A stretch of DNA of 64,000 nt. Source: Fibrobacter sp. Its GTDB lineage: Bacteria > Fibrobacterota > Fibrobacteria > Fibrobacterales > Fibrobacteraceae. The translations under genes were made by a program, and so were the position numbers. The DNA lies in NCBI GenBank assembly GCA_045617325.1, contig JAZLIJ010000066.1, positions 1,787 to 65,786 of the forward strand. Direction: 5' to 3'. The notes under the pieces were generated by a model. It was not told where the DNA came from. It saw only the letters and a program-made list of their open reading frames with translations, and did no database searches. Of the stretch, positions 1 through 10,025 are shown piece after piece (the stretch's first letter is position 1; every line of letters begins with the position of its first letter).

Positions 1-975
1 GCTGACCCATTGAGTTGTGTCCGCTGTTCTGAAATCCAAGTTGAGATGGATGTACTTGTTGCTGTCTGCATCGGCTGTGATGTAGGAAGCCGCAGTTGTT
101 ATGCCAACGTTGAAATCTGGCGTAAAGTCAATAACCGTGGAATCAAAAATCGAGGGGTATATATCCCAAATACCCTGACCTGCATTGGGGTCCGCCATGG
201 ACATGTATGGCGGCATGTAGGATGAATAGGGATTTGGTATCGGCTGGTACATCAGATGCACGTTGTCACCGTCTTCGAAGTCGTCGATGAGGAGCACCTT
301 GTCGCTGATGGTATCCTTGTCCGTTGTGTCGGTGGGTGTTTCCGGCTGCTTTTCTTCGGAGACGATTGTGTCTCCTGCATTTGCTGTAATGCTGAAGTCA
401 AGCGTGTCGATTGCCGCCGTTGACGGGATGAATACGAAATTCAGCTTGCCCGCCGGGAGGTTTCCGAAGACGAACTTGCCGTTTGTGACTTCTGCGGAAT
501 GGTTGAGGCCGCGCATCTTGATGATGCCGTTTGCCTGCTCGCATTTTGTGCAGCCGAAGTCGGCGAGATTCTTTTCGACGTAGACAGTCTTTTGCAAAGT
601 CTGTTTGCCAAGGTCAATCGCGTTTTCGCCGTCGTAATCGACGCTTAGCTGGATTGCCTGGCTGTCAAGGGCCGCTTCCATGGTGTAATTGCCCTTGGCC
701 ACATTTTCCATGGTGACGACGCCGTTGGAATCGGCATTGGCGCTGTAGCCGCTTGTTGCTCCGTCGATGCTTTCTCTGTCAATGAGCGTTACCCTTGCCA
801 TGGGGGCTGGGTTGCCTGCGACCAGAATCTGTGCTGTAATGGCATTGCCCGCTTCAGTACCGCTTGGTCCGCCGCCTGCTACATTGTTATCGGAACAGCC
901 ACACACGGCGAGACCGAATAAGAGGCTTGCCGATGCTGCGACTTGCGCGAAAGTGGTACGTTGTTCCTTGAGCAT
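1..975 (-). CDS. putative lipoprotein, N-terminal 325 codons only (gene runs off window start); carboxypeptidase-regulatory-like beta-sandwich repeats followed by a CBM-like region
   Basis: Absent from supplied ORF track (no stop inside window). My reverse-strand translation from ATG 975-973 stays open to position 1: MLKEQRTTFAQVAASASLLFGLAVCGCSDNN (signal + lipobox Cys) ... ADSNGVVTMENVAKGNYTMEA ... TNGKFVFGNLPAGKLNFVF ... LLIDDFEDGDN. Same architecture and same upstream partner as CDS 29271-30494. Plus-strand ORFs listed here have non-protein-like composition. Confidence 0.6.
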   Translation of the reverse strand, partial: MLKEQRTTFAQVAASASLLFGLAVCGCSDNNVAGGGPSGTEAGNAITAQILVAGNPAPMARVTLIDRESIDGATSGYSANADSNGVVTMENVAKGNYTMEAALDSQAIQLSVDYDGENAIDLGKQTLQKTVYVEKNLADFGCTKCEQANGIIKMRGLNHSAEVTNGKFVFGNLPAGKLNFVFIPSTAAIDTLDFSITANAGDTIVSEEKQPETPTDTTDKDTISDKVLLIDDFEDGDNVHLMYQPIPNPYSSYMPPYMSMADPNAGQGIWDIYPSIFDSTVIDFTPDFNVGITTAASYITADADSNKYIHLNLDFRTADTTQWVS

Positions 976-1007
976 ATTCTGAAAATATATAATTTTTGAT
1001 GTAAAAT

Positions 1008-1874
1008 TCATTTTGTTCCTCCCTTGTCGCCAGGCGCTGAAGGTCCCGTTGCCGGGTCGTCTACTTTGTCGGAGAGGGGGAACATGGAAATGTTCAGTGC
1101 ATAAACTCTATCGGCGTGTTCGCTGCGACGTGCGAATTGCAAGAGTCCGCGACGAAATTCCTCGATTTTGTGCTTGATTTCCGGTAAATCCGCTTCGTCA
1201 GCGGTAAAGACAACACTTGAAATGTCGCGGTCTTCCGTTTTATGACGGTCGAGCGATTCCTGTGCAAGCTCCAGGGTATGCCTGTGGAAGTCGCGGACGG
1301 CGCGACTTTTCACTTCGCCACCGGTACTCAGAATCTGGTCCGTGATGTTCCAGCCGCCGCATCCATCGGGAACGACAAGCCCGAGCTGCTTCAGGATGCC
1401 AAGCGCGTTTCTCGCTTCATCCTGCGAAATGGGCGGGTTCAGGTGCTTCCCGAGGGAGGTTATGCTGCTTGTGTCCTTCGTGATGCCGATGAGGGCGCGG
1501 AGCGCGGCGCAGGCCCAGCTGCCAAAGTAGGCCATTTCAGGCGCCGAGAGAATTCTCGTCTCGAGCGAGCGGAGTTCCAGAAGCTTGTAGTAGAGTTCGG
1601 AGAGGGTCTGCTTCGCCTTTGTCTTGTTGAAGCGGTATAAAGTCTTGAAATATTCCGCTCTGCGATCGTCCAGGCCGCAGATGCGAATGAATACGGGAAT
1701 TGTCCCTTCGTTTAAATGTCCTTCTTTCTGGAATACTCTCACGAGCCAGGCCGGGTCCACGCCGGTTTTCTGGCCGAGGTAGCGATATGAAGTGAACGGG
1801 TTATCCTTCTTGGATTCGATGAACCAGTCCTTCAAAAATTCGCGATATTCTAGATAGTCTAAAACTTCAGGCAT
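1008..1874 (-). CDS. TIGR02147 family protein (Fibrobacter paralogous family, HTH-like N-terminus)
   Basis: ORF 1008-1931; likely start at MPEVLDYLEYREFLKDWF (1874), which matches the family N-terminal D/EY-REFLKD motif. It is a paralog of 30494-31372. Family assignment is from memory of the TIGRFAM description, not a search. Confidence 0.65.
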   Translation of the reverse strand: MPEVLDYLEYREFLKDWFIESKKDNPFTSYRYLGQKTGVDPAWLVRVFQKEGHLNEGTIPVFIRICGLDDRRAEYFKTLYRFNKTKAKQTLSELYYKLLELRSLETRILSAPEMAYFGSWACAALRALIGITKDTSSITSLGKHLNPPISQDEARNALGILKQLGLVVPDGCGGWNITDQILSTGGEVKSRAVRDFHRHTLELAQESLDRHKTEDRDISSVVFTADEADLPEIKHKIEEFRRGLLQFARRSEHADRVYALNISMFPLSDKVDDPATGPSAPGDKGGTK

Positions 1875-1935
1875 ACTCTCAATATATATATGGAGGCTTT
1901 CTCCAATGTAAATTTTTTTATTCAGCCCCAAAGTT

Positions 1936-1956
1936 CTGTTGAAAATTTTTCAACAG
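1936..1956. promoter_or_regulatory. perfect 10-bp-arm palindrome CTGTTGAAAA-T-TTTTCAACAG upstream of the TIGR02147 gene (candidate operator or weak terminator of the upstream operon)
   Basis: Read directly from sequence. It lies 62-82 nt upstream of the preferred ATG at 1874. No U-run follows on the minus strand, so it is not a canonical terminator. Confidence 0.3.
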
Positions 1957-2038
1957 TTTACACCAAAACACATACAATTTTAGAAAAAGTGTTGATAAAA
2001 TGCACTATTGTAAAAAAAAATATGCAAATTGGAGCGCT

Positions 2039-2926
2039 TTAGCGGTTGCTTGGAAAGTTTTCCGCCTCCAGGAAATTGAAAAGCTCCGGAATGAGAGCCT
2101 TGGCGTCGTTCATGCCTAGATTGTAGAAATCCTCGAGCTTGGACCTGTCCTTTTCAAGTCGCGTCATCTGGAGGGATTTGCTTGGGCGGATGATGAACGC
2201 TTTTTTACAGGATATCCACTGTTTTAGCAGTTCCTGGTCATCGTTGTAGCGGATGTGACGCTCGGCAATCGCCTTGACGAAAAGCGGATATTTTCGGTAG
2301 GCGCATCTTATCAGGGGCAGGAATGCGTTACGCGGCTTGACGTAATTTGCAGGCCGTGTCAGTACAATCACCTGCTTGTGAAAACCGAAATTGTCCATCA
2401 TCTTGAAGGGGATGCAGTCGCTCATGCTTCCGTCAAGGTATTTTTTCCCTTGGATAGGCACTATTTGGCTGAAAAGCGGAAGGGAGGCCGATGCGCGAAC
2501 ATAATTCAAGTCGTCCTCGTTCCTGAGGTCGTGTATGGCTGGGTATTCCGTCTGGCCGGTTGCTACATTGGTGCAGGTAACGTAAAATTGGGAGTTGGCT
2601 GCATTTTTTCTGAATGTGTCGTAGTCAAATGGGTCTACTTCTTGCGGGAGAGTATAGTAGCTGTACTTGACATCGAAAAAGTTGCCTGTGCGAATCAGGT
2701 TTGCAAATCCCATGTAGCGCTTGTCATCGGAATGCAGCACGTCGATGCGGTAATTTCGCTTGCGCTGTTCCGAAAGGTAGTTGCAGAGATGTGTTGCTCC
2801 GATGGACGATCCTGCGTATGCCCCGAATTGGAGACCGTTGTCGTGAAGCACGTCCAGGACTCCTGCCGTGTACGCTCCGTGCGTCCCTCCGCCTTCAAGA
2901 ACTAGCGCTGTATCATCGTATCTCAT
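2039..2926 (-). CDS. patatin-like phospholipase family protein
   Basis: Has an LEGGGTHGAYTAGV oxyanion-hole glycine loop, a GSSIG (GxSxG) nucleophile elbow and a YLDGSMSD catalytic Asp motif. Only 7 nt separate it from the upstream Nudix gene. Confidence 0.85.
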   Translation of the reverse strand: MRYDDTALVLEGGGTHGAYTAGVLDVLHDNGLQFGAYAGSSIGATHLCNYLSEQRKRNYRIDVLHSDDKRYMGFANLIRTGNFFDVKYSYYTLPQEVDPFDYDTFRKNAANSQFYVTCTNVATGQTEYPAIHDLRNEDDLNYVRASASLPLFSQIVPIQGKKYLDGSMSDCIPFKMMDNFGFHKQVIVLTRPANYVKPRNAFLPLIRCAYRKYPLFVKAIAERHIRYNDDQELLKQWISCKKAFIIRPSKSLQMTRLEKDRSKLEDFYNLGMNDAKALIPELFNFLEAENFPSNR

Positions 2927-2933
2927 AGGCGGC

Positions 2934-3464
2934 CTACAGCAGGGCTATCCACTGATAGTCCTTGGGATGGTCTACGAATCTTTCAGGGTGCGCCTTGTGC
3001 ATGTCGAGAAATTCCTGCTTCGACATCCATACGAAATCATCGACTTCACCGGGTTGCGGCACGAGACTTGCCTTTTCGCTATCGTCCAGGAGAATGCGGT
3101 AGGTGTCGTAGTATTCGTTGTCGAGGTAGGCGCCGCCATTCAAAATGTTCTCGTGCGTAGCTTCGAACAGGTACACCAAATCCTCCGCCTGCTTCTTTAC
3201 GCCCAGTTCCTCGGAAAGTTCGCGGAGCCCTGCGGTGCGGCTGTCGTCTCCTGCGGTGATGTGGCCTGCGCAGCTTGTGTCCAGAAGATTCGGGTTGTTC
3301 TCCTTCTGCTTGCTGCGGAGCTGGAAAAGAATGTTGCCGTCCTTGTCGAAAGCCCAGATGTGTACTGTCCGGTGCCATAGCCCTTTGCTATGGACTTCGG
3401 TACGTTCGGCGCTGTAGCCTGCGTGTGTTCCGTCCTTGTTCAAGATGTCTATGAATTCCTTCAT
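2934..3464 (-). CDS. NUDIX hydrolase
   Basis: Nudix box GHITAGDDSRTAGLRELSEELGV (Gx5Ex7REUxEExGU). Only 10 nt downstream of the kinase stop. Confidence 0.85.
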   Translation of the reverse strand: MKEFIDILNKDGTHAGYSAERTEVHSKGLWHRTVHIWAFDKDGNILFQLRSKQKENNPNLLDTSCAGHITAGDDSRTAGLRELSEELGVKKQAEDLVYLFEATHENILNGGAYLDNEYYDTYRILLDDSEKASLVPQPGEVDDFVWMSKQEFLDMHKAHPERFVDHPKDYQWIALL

Positions 3465-3474
3465 GGGGTTTCTC

Positions 3475-6030
3475 TTAGGCGTTTCTTAGAATTTTTTCCA
3501 GTTTGGCGACGATGCTTTGATAATCGTACAATAGATTTGCGTGATGCGATTCAATATAATCAAAATTCTTTTCCGCGTACGCCGTCTCGAAGTGTTTTGC
3601 ATAGGCGGATAGATTGAGGCTTCCGATGGTGAGAGATGAACTCTTGATGTTGCGGATGACCTTGTTGTAGTTTTCCCAGTCCTTTTCCTCAAAGAGTTTT
3701 TGCAGTTCTCCGTCTTTTCGCTTGTTGACGTATTCCTCCAATACATCGATGAAAAACTCCCTGTCGTTCATGCAATGGCTGATTCCTATGCGCGTGTCGA
3801 TGAAGTTCAGGCTTGAGAGAATCTCGTTTATGTTTCTCCGCGGGGATGGAATTGGGAAATGACTTGCTGTTGTCTCCGGCCCAAGGCTTTCCTTTGATGT
3901 GGACTCGTTGCTCTCGATGAAATCTGACGGGAGGTAAAGTCGGAGAATGGTGTATAGGGCGTCTTCGCGGATGGGCTTTGAAAGATAGTCCGTGAATCCC
4001 ATCTGCAAGTAGTCCTCTTTGGCATCTGTCATGGAATTTGCAGAAAGCATGATGATGGGCGTATTCTTGTTGGAATGCTGGATGGTTCGCATTGTTCTCA
4101 GAACTTCGACCCCGCTCATGACGGGCATCATGTGGTCCATGAAGATGATTTCGTAATGTGTCTGCTGGATATATTCAAGGGCGGTTTTCCCGTTCGAGGC
4201 TGCGTCGATTTTAATTTGTGTGTCTTTCAAAAATTCCTGCATGATGTGGATGTTCATGGGAACGTCATCGACAATCAGAATGCGGGCGTTTGGAGCCTTG
4301 ATGTTTGTGCTTGCCAATTCTTCCTGGAAACTCTGTTCATCTTTGCGTCTTGCCTCGAATTCTCCGATGGGACGCGTCTGCTTGACAATTTGCGGAAAGG
4401 AAACTGTAAAGGTGGAACCCTTTTCGTAAACACTCTTGACTTGGATTTTGCCATGCATCATGTCCACCAGGTGCTGCGTCAGGTTCAATCCGAGACCGGA
4501 GCCTTCGATGTTCCGGTTCTTCTTTTCTTCAAGACGCTGGAACCTGTCGAACAGTTTCTGCGAATCCTCTTCCTTGATTCCGATTCCTGTATCGGATACG
4601 GAGATGATGAGCTGTATTGGCTTTTCGCGCTGGACGACGCTTTGGTCAGGACCCATGTTCTCAAAATCCACCTTGAGCTGGATTTCGCCCTTGAAAGTGT
4701 ACTTGACAGCATTGGAGAGGAGGTTGTTTATGACTTGGCGAATGCGGAATTCGTCGCCTTCCAATCGTGACGGAAGCTCTGGATTGACGCAGACTTTCAG
4801 TTGCAGCGACTTGTCCTTTGCCTGGGTGCTGATGAGGTTGTAGCAGTCGGTTATTAAAGAAAATACGCTGTATTCCGATGCGATAAGCTCCATCTTGCCG
4901 GATTCGATTTTGGATATGTCCAGGATGCCGTTGATGAGCGACAGGAGCATCTGCCCTGCGGTCTTGATGTTCTGCGAGTAGCCTCGTAGCTTAGGATCGT
5001 TACATTCCTTGTACAGCACCGAGTTCATGCCGAGAATGCCGTTGAGTGGCGTTCGCATCTCGTGGCTCATGGTGGCGAGAAATTGACTTTTGGCCTTGCT
5101 CGACTTTTCGGCGGCGAGTTTCGCCTCTCGGAGGCTCTTGGCTGCTCTGTAGGAACGCTCCGAAAGATAAAGGTAAATGAAGCCTATGATGAATAGCAGA
5201 AGTAGAAGGCTGAAAACCCAGAGGATGAGGAATACGATGTGGGATAGTCCTGTGGCGACCGTATCTTCCGACACCATGCCGATGAGCTTGTAGCCAGGAA
5301 CGTCCAGTTCTGTTTCGAAGAAGTAGTAGCGTTTGCCTTTGATGGTGCTTGCCACGGCGACGGACTTGGACCAGTATAGCAGCTGGCTTAGTTTTGCCCT
5401 TACGGGCTTTGTGATGTCGCTTGCCCAGAAATTGATGTTGATTGGGGATTGGGTGCGGGAGCCTATAATTTCCCTGTCATTGTCGTCGATGACGATGGCA
5501 TATCCCTGGCCATTGAAACTCTGGATGCCAAAATGCGAAGAGGCCCTTTGTTCGTTGAAAAACTTGAAGAGGACGTAGCGGACGTTCTTGTTGTTGAATA
5601 CGGGGGTCGTGAGAAGTAGCCCGTGCCCCTTGACGTAGCTGATGGCCTGGTGCCCTTGGAAAGAACGCCTGATTCCTGGAAAAGTTTTTGTATTGATGAA
5701 CTCTTCTCCGTTGGAATGAAAGTGCGTTCCGTCGAGTGCTATGAGCCCGTAGGATTCCTGCGGATTGCTTTTTTTGTGGGAGGCTATGATTTTTGAAGAT
5801 AGCTCGTCATCGCCCTTGATTTCATCGGCCATGTAGGAGAGTTCGCTCAGTTGAAATTGAATCTTTGAGGTGAGAAGATTGGACAATTCCGAGGAATGCA
5901 GCGAGACCTGCTTTGAAACATGGTCCTCGAACAAGAGGGTGAGGCGGTTTTTGAGAAGAACGCTTACAATGCAGAGTACCGACAGGATGGTAATTGTGCC
6001 GATGAGCATTCGAAGGCTAATTTTTTTCAT
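3475..6030 (-). CDS. hybrid sensor histidine kinase/response regulator with degenerate C-terminal Hpt domain
   Basis: N-terminal TM, extracytoplasmic domain and second TM. H-box FLATMSHEMRTPLNGILGM, ATPase G-boxes (DTGIGI, GSGLGL) and receiver ILIVDDVPMN...FMDHMMPVMSG. The Hpt-like tail reads VIRNIKSSSLTIGS, with Arg (codon 3652-3654) where the phospho-His is expected. Confidence 0.9.
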   Translation of the reverse strand: MKKISLRMLIGTITILSVLCIVSVLLKNRLTLLFEDHVSKQVSLHSSELSNLLTSKIQFQLSELSYMADEIKGDDELSSKIIASHKKSNPQESYGLIALDGTHFHSNGEEFINTKTFPGIRRSFQGHQAISYVKGHGLLLTTPVFNNKNVRYVLFKFFNEQRASSHFGIQSFNGQGYAIVIDDNDREIIGSRTQSPININFWASDITKPVRAKLSQLLYWSKSVAVASTIKGKRYYFFETELDVPGYKLIGMVSEDTVATGLSHIVFLILWVFSLLLLLFIIGFIYLYLSERSYRAAKSLREAKLAAEKSSKAKSQFLATMSHEMRTPLNGILGMNSVLYKECNDPKLRGYSQNIKTAGQMLLSLINGILDISKIESGKMELIASEYSVFSLITDCYNLISTQAKDKSLQLKVCVNPELPSRLEGDEFRIRQVINNLLSNAVKYTFKGEIQLKVDFENMGPDQSVVQREKPIQLIISVSDTGIGIKEEDSQKLFDRFQRLEEKKNRNIEGSGLGLNLTQHLVDMMHGKIQVKSVYEKGSTFTVSFPQIVKQTRPIGEFEARRKDEQSFQEELASTNIKAPNARILIVDDVPMNIHIMQEFLKDTQIKIDAASNGKTALEYIQQTHYEIIFMDHMMPVMSGVEVLRTMRTIQHSNKNTPIIMLSANSMTDAKEDYLQMGFTDYLSKPIREDALYTILRLYLPSDFIESNESTSKESLGPETTASHFPIPSPRRNINEILSSLNFIDTRIGISHCMNDREFFIDVLEEYVNKRKDGELQKLFEEKDWENYNKVIRNIKSSSLTIGSLNLSAYAKHFETAYAEKNFDYIESHHANLLYDYQSIVAKLEKILRNA

Positions 6031-7117
6031 CGACTTCTACTCCCTGGACGAACCAATTGAAGTTTTCCTGCATTTCGTAGTCTGTCATGCTTTCGCCGGA
6101 GTCAATTCTCACGACGCCTGCGTTGTCAACAATCTTTCCGTAGAAGACATCGAATGAGCCGTTTAAAAGATGCTGCCATTCTTTTGCAACAAAAGCCCTT
6201 GTTTCCGGGCTGACGCGTTTGGTGAAAGGGGCTAGCGAGATGATTCCGCTTTCGATTCCGAGCCAGTAATTCTTGTTTGAGTATTTTCCCTGGATAACCT
6301 CGAGGATGCGGGGCTTGTAGAATTGTTCCCAATTCCAAAGGGCTGCTGTCATGAAGTTCTTTGGATAAAGCTTGCTGTTGTCGAAGTTGTAACCGATGAT
6401 GCCGATATCATTTTTTTCTGCAATTTCGTAGGGGCTAAGCACGTCGGTATGGACCGTCAGAATGTCGATGTTATGATTTTGAATAAGTTTCTCGGTCGCC
6501 TTTGCTGCGATATCGGAGTCTGTCCAGGAACGAGTCCATGTCACGTGGACGGTTGCTTCGGGATTCACCTTTTTGACTCCCAAGGTGAACGCGTTGATTC
6601 CGCGGATGACTTCCGGGATGTCGAATGCGGCTACATAGCCGATGTGCCCGTTTTTTGTTTCCATACCGGCTACGATGCCGGACAGGTAGCGTATCTGGTA
6701 AATTCTTGCAAAGTAGGTCGAAAGGTTGCGGGAGCGCTTGGTCCCCGTGGCGTGGAAAAATTTGACTTCTGGGTGGAGCTGCGCTACAAGCAACTCGTAT
6801 GGACCGAAGCCGATGGAATTGCATACGATGATTCTTGCTCCATCGGCGATGGCTTTTTCCATGATGGGAATGCTGCTTGAATCCAGGGGGACGTTGTCGT
6901 AATAGGCTACGTCAAGGTTCAAGTCGCGAGCCGTCTTTTGCATGCTGATGTAATGCGACTCAGACCAGCTGTGATCGTCTTTCGGACCGTTCATGAGAAG
7001 GGCGACTTTCATTCCCTCCTTGGAAATCTCTGCATCGTAGTCATCGCTCCTTGTGAACCAAAGCCCGAGGGCGATGGTTAAGAGAATGGATACTATGATG
7101 ACAGAAAAAAACTTCAC
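6017..7117 (-). CDS. BMP-family (Med/PnrA-like) periplasmic ligand-binding protein, membrane-anchored
   Basis: N-terminal TM anchor. BMP-like blocks include KVALLMNGPKDDHSWSESHY and GYVAAFDIPEVIRGINAFTLGVKKVNPEATVHVTWTRSWTD. It overlaps the downstream kinase start by 14 nt and is 7 nt from the upstream kinase stop. Confidence 0.7.
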   Translation of the reverse strand: MKFFSVIIVSILLTIALGLWFTRSDDYDAEISKEGMKVALLMNGPKDDHSWSESHYISMQKTARDLNLDVAYYDNVPLDSSSIPIMEKAIADGARIIVCNSIGFGPYELLVAQLHPEVKFFHATGTKRSRNLSTYFARIYQIRYLSGIVAGMETKNGHIGYVAAFDIPEVIRGINAFTLGVKKVNPEATVHVTWTRSWTDSDIAAKATEKLIQNHNIDILTVHTDVLSPYEIAEKNDIGIIGYNFDNSKLYPKNFMTAALWNWEQFYKPRILEVIQGKYSNKNYWLGIESGIISLAPFTKRVSPETRAFVAKEWQHLLNGSFDVFYGKIVDNAGVVRIDSGESMTDYEMQENFNWFVQGVEVDEKN

Positions 7118-7124
7118 GAGAGCC

Positions 7125-9833
7125 TCACATGCAGTTCTTTATCATGTCCAGCAGCGCTTTGTACTTGGCCATGACCATGGAGTGGTTTGACTTGATGTAG
7201 CTGTAGCGCTTGTCCTTGCATGCCTGTTCCAGGGCCTTTGCCGCTTCGGCTATATCCGTGGCGCCTATGGTTTGGCTTGAACTCTTGAGAGCGTGGATTG
7301 CGATTTGGTAGTTCTGCCAGTCCTCGGAACCGAAGTAGCTGGAAAGTTCGCCCGACTTGTCGCCTGTCTGGTATTCGGCAAGGATTTGGAGGTAGAAATT
7401 CTCGTCATTGATGCAGTAGCTTAGTCCCTGCTTTACATCAAGGATTTTTTCGAGATTTTCCATTTTCGAGTTGTTGTCGGAAATCTGCTCGGGTTCAGCG
7501 ATGGGCTGGGTTATCGTCTTGAATATGACTGTGGATGGCCGCTGCCTGCCTTCGATAGTGTGGCTGGTCTGTATCCTGTGGACTTTTGTCTTGGATGACA
7601 TGGTGGATGAATTTTCGCTTCCGTTCTGTTTTGTTGGCGATGTAAGCGTCTCGCTGTCCATGTCGTCGCTAGTTAGAATCAGATTCTTGGGCAGGTACCA
7701 CTTCAGCATTCGGATGAAGTCGTGCTCCTTGATAGGCTTGGAGAGGTAGTCTGCGAAACCTTCCTTGAGATAGTTCTCCTTTGCGCCGACGATAGCGTTT
7801 GCGGTGAGCATGATGACCGGGGTGTCCTTGTTGATGTATTCTCCCAAGTCCTTCATTTTCTGGAATGTCTCAAGACCATCCATGACAGGCATCATGTGGT
7901 CGAGGAAGATGAGGTCGTAGTGATTCTGCTGTACCATTTGCAGGCATTGCTTGCCGTTGGATACCAGGTCAACGTTTATCTTTGTATCCTTGAGGAGCCC
8001 CTGTACGACCTTCAAGTTGATTTCGACATCGTCAACGACGAGAACCTGGGCGCCCGGGGCGAACAGCTTGTCGTTTCCGACGGATTGCAAAATCATGGAA
8101 CTCTTGTACTTGTCGGAGAAGTTTCCCATGGGCTCGTCGCTCTTGACGATTTGCGGAATTTGAAGTGTGAATACGCTTCCCTTGCCGAGTTCGCTTTCCA
8201 CGTTGATGGAACCGTTCATCATTTGGACCAGCTGCTTTGTGATGCTAAGGCCGATTCCTGTACCTTCCAGGTAGTTGTTCGTCTTGTTGTCAACGCGGTC
8301 GTAATTTTCAAAAATCTTCTTGAGATTTTCAGGCTTGATTCCTATGCCTGTGTCCTTGACGACCACGTTCAGCATGACTTCTGTTTCAAGTCCAAGCCCG
8401 ATGTGTGCCGTTGGCCTGTTCTCGAATGAAACGCTTAACGATATGCTTCCTTCTTCAGTGTACTTGACGGCATTGGAAAGCAAGTTGTTGATAATTTGCC
8501 TGATTCTCACCTCGTCACCGTAGAGCTTGGATGGTAACATGGGGTCGGTATTGATGAAGAACTTGATGTTCTTGGCGTGTGTCCTTGCCGAGGTGATGTT
8601 GTAGCAGTCGTTCAATACAGAGAACAGCTCGTAGCTTGTGTTTTCGAGCTGCATCTTGCCAGCTTCGATTTTCGAAACATCCAGAATATCGCTGACGATG
8701 GATAGCAAAAAGTGCCCTGTACTCTGAATGTTGGTTGCGTATTCCCTGATGGATTCCTTGTCGGTTTCCTTCATTATCATTGCGTTCATGCCGAGGATGC
8801 CGTTGATTGGGGTGCGGATTTCGTGGCTCATCTTGGCGAGGAAGGATTTCTTCGCCCTTGTGGCGTTGAGGGTGCGGATCTGGTTCCTGTGATTTGCAGT
8901 GCAGAAGAATGCAATCAAGAGGAATAGAATCAGTGAAATGGCAATGTTTCTCTCGAATGTCTGGTGCACTTTGGCGAAAAGTTCGTCCTCGTTCATGATG
9001 ATGGACACGTACCAATTGTCGTAAATGGTGGTTGTGAACACCATGCGCTGCTTGCCGTCCATTTCAATGTGGAAGGGCTTGTCCTTGGAAGCCATGATGA
9101 GCCGTGCAAGTTTTTCCTTTTCTGTTCCCCAGTATTTGTCGCTAAGGTAGTTTTCGCCTATGTCGGAGTCGTTGGACTTTGCTATGACGATTCCTGTACG
9201 GTCCAGGAGAATGCTTGTGCCCATGTTGTTGATTTGGACTTGGCGAAGCAGTTCCTGGAGGTTTGTTGCGGTGAGATCCAGTGAAACGACGTTTTTTTTG
9301 TCGGCAAGCCTGCGACAGATGGAAATGATGATGGATTTTGTCTGGCTGTCCACGTATGCAGGGACCAGTGCAATTTCTCCCTTGGCTCGAGCGGCTTCTA
9401 TATACCAGGGACGCTCCATGGGGATGTAGTCCTCCTCCGGGACCCAGCCGACTCCATCTATATAAGTATCGTTGAAATAACCGTAAAAGCCGGTGAACGC
9501 TTCCCCAATTTGTCTGGAGTAGTTGTTTGTGAAGTGGATAAGAATATCCTTGATGTCTTCTGTGCTTTTTCCTTCTTTGAGCATGTGCTCAATGAGGTCT
9601 GCCGTGATATTGACTGTGGAAATGCTCTTTAGCAGATGGTTGCGGAGCTTTTCGGAACTTTCGTTTACGGATTTTTGCCCGATGGTGATGATATCTTCCT
9701 TGGCTAGGTCCGAAAATGACTTGAATGTGAAGCTTACGATACCTGCAATGGCGCCTATCGTCATGATAAGCGTAATGATATACTGGATCCAAAACTTTGT
9801 TTTTTCTTTTTTTGTTTCTGCGTCAAAATTCAT
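7125..9833 (-). CDS. hybrid sensor histidine kinase/response regulator with Cache-like sensor and intact Hpt domain
   Basis: TM, roughly 250 aa Cache-like extracytoplasmic domain, then TM. H-box FLAKMSHEIRTPINGILGM, ATPase DTGIGI/GTGIGL, receiver VLVVDDVEINL...FLDHMMPVMDG, and Hpt motif AIHALKSSSQTIGA (His codon 7293-7295). Confidence 0.9.
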   Translation of the reverse strand: MNFDAETKKEKTKFWIQYIITLIMTIGAIAGIVSFTFKSFSDLAKEDIITIGQKSVNESSEKLRNHLLKSISTVNITADLIEHMLKEGKSTEDIKDILIHFTNNYSRQIGEAFTGFYGYFNDTYIDGVGWVPEEDYIPMERPWYIEAARAKGEIALVPAYVDSQTKSIIISICRRLADKKNVVSLDLTATNLQELLRQVQINNMGTSILLDRTGIVIAKSNDSDIGENYLSDKYWGTEKEKLARLIMASKDKPFHIEMDGKQRMVFTTTIYDNWYVSIIMNEDELFAKVHQTFERNIAISLILFLLIAFFCTANHRNQIRTLNATRAKKSFLAKMSHEIRTPINGILGMNAMIMKETDKESIREYATNIQSTGHFLLSIVSDILDVSKIEAGKMQLENTSYELFSVLNDCYNITSARTHAKNIKFFINTDPMLPSKLYGDEVRIRQIINNLLSNAVKYTEEGSISLSVSFENRPTAHIGLGLETEVMLNVVVKDTGIGIKPENLKKIFENYDRVDNKTNNYLEGTGIGLSITKQLVQMMNGSINVESELGKGSVFTLQIPQIVKSDEPMGNFSDKYKSSMILQSVGNDKLFAPGAQVLVVDDVEINLKVVQGLLKDTKINVDLVSNGKQCLQMVQQNHYDLIFLDHMMPVMDGLETFQKMKDLGEYINKDTPVIMLTANAIVGAKENYLKEGFADYLSKPIKEHDFIRMLKWYLPKNLILTSDDMDSETLTSPTKQNGSENSSTMSSKTKVHRIQTSHTIEGRQRPSTVIFKTITQPIAEPEQISDNNSKMENLEKILDVKQGLSYCINDENFYLQILAEYQTGDKSGELSSYFGSEDWQNYQIAIHALKSSSQTIGATDIAEAAKALEQACKDKRYSYIKSNHSMVMAKYKALLDMIKNCM

Positions 9834-10025
9834 AATCGTTCTTGGTTGAATTTTAAAATTCGATGAAGATATACCTTTATAAATTTAACATGAATTGGGT
9901 GGGAAATTTTAGACAATCTTTTTTTTGTGTAATATTTTTTTAAGAAAATGGGGCTGTAGGCGTTTTTGTCTATTGCATGAATGTTTGCAAATTGTGAATA
10001 AAATGTGAGCATTTTACCGCGCCAT

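Noticed and set aside
2039-2926. Patatin gene as a CBASS CapV-type effector (with Nudix as a signal degrader)
   Set aside because: No CD-NTase/cyclase or other CBASS component is in the operon. The CHASE2 cyclase at 15408 is a separate class III cyclase unit 5.6 kb away on the opposite strand. The protein looks like the common YjjU-type patatin.
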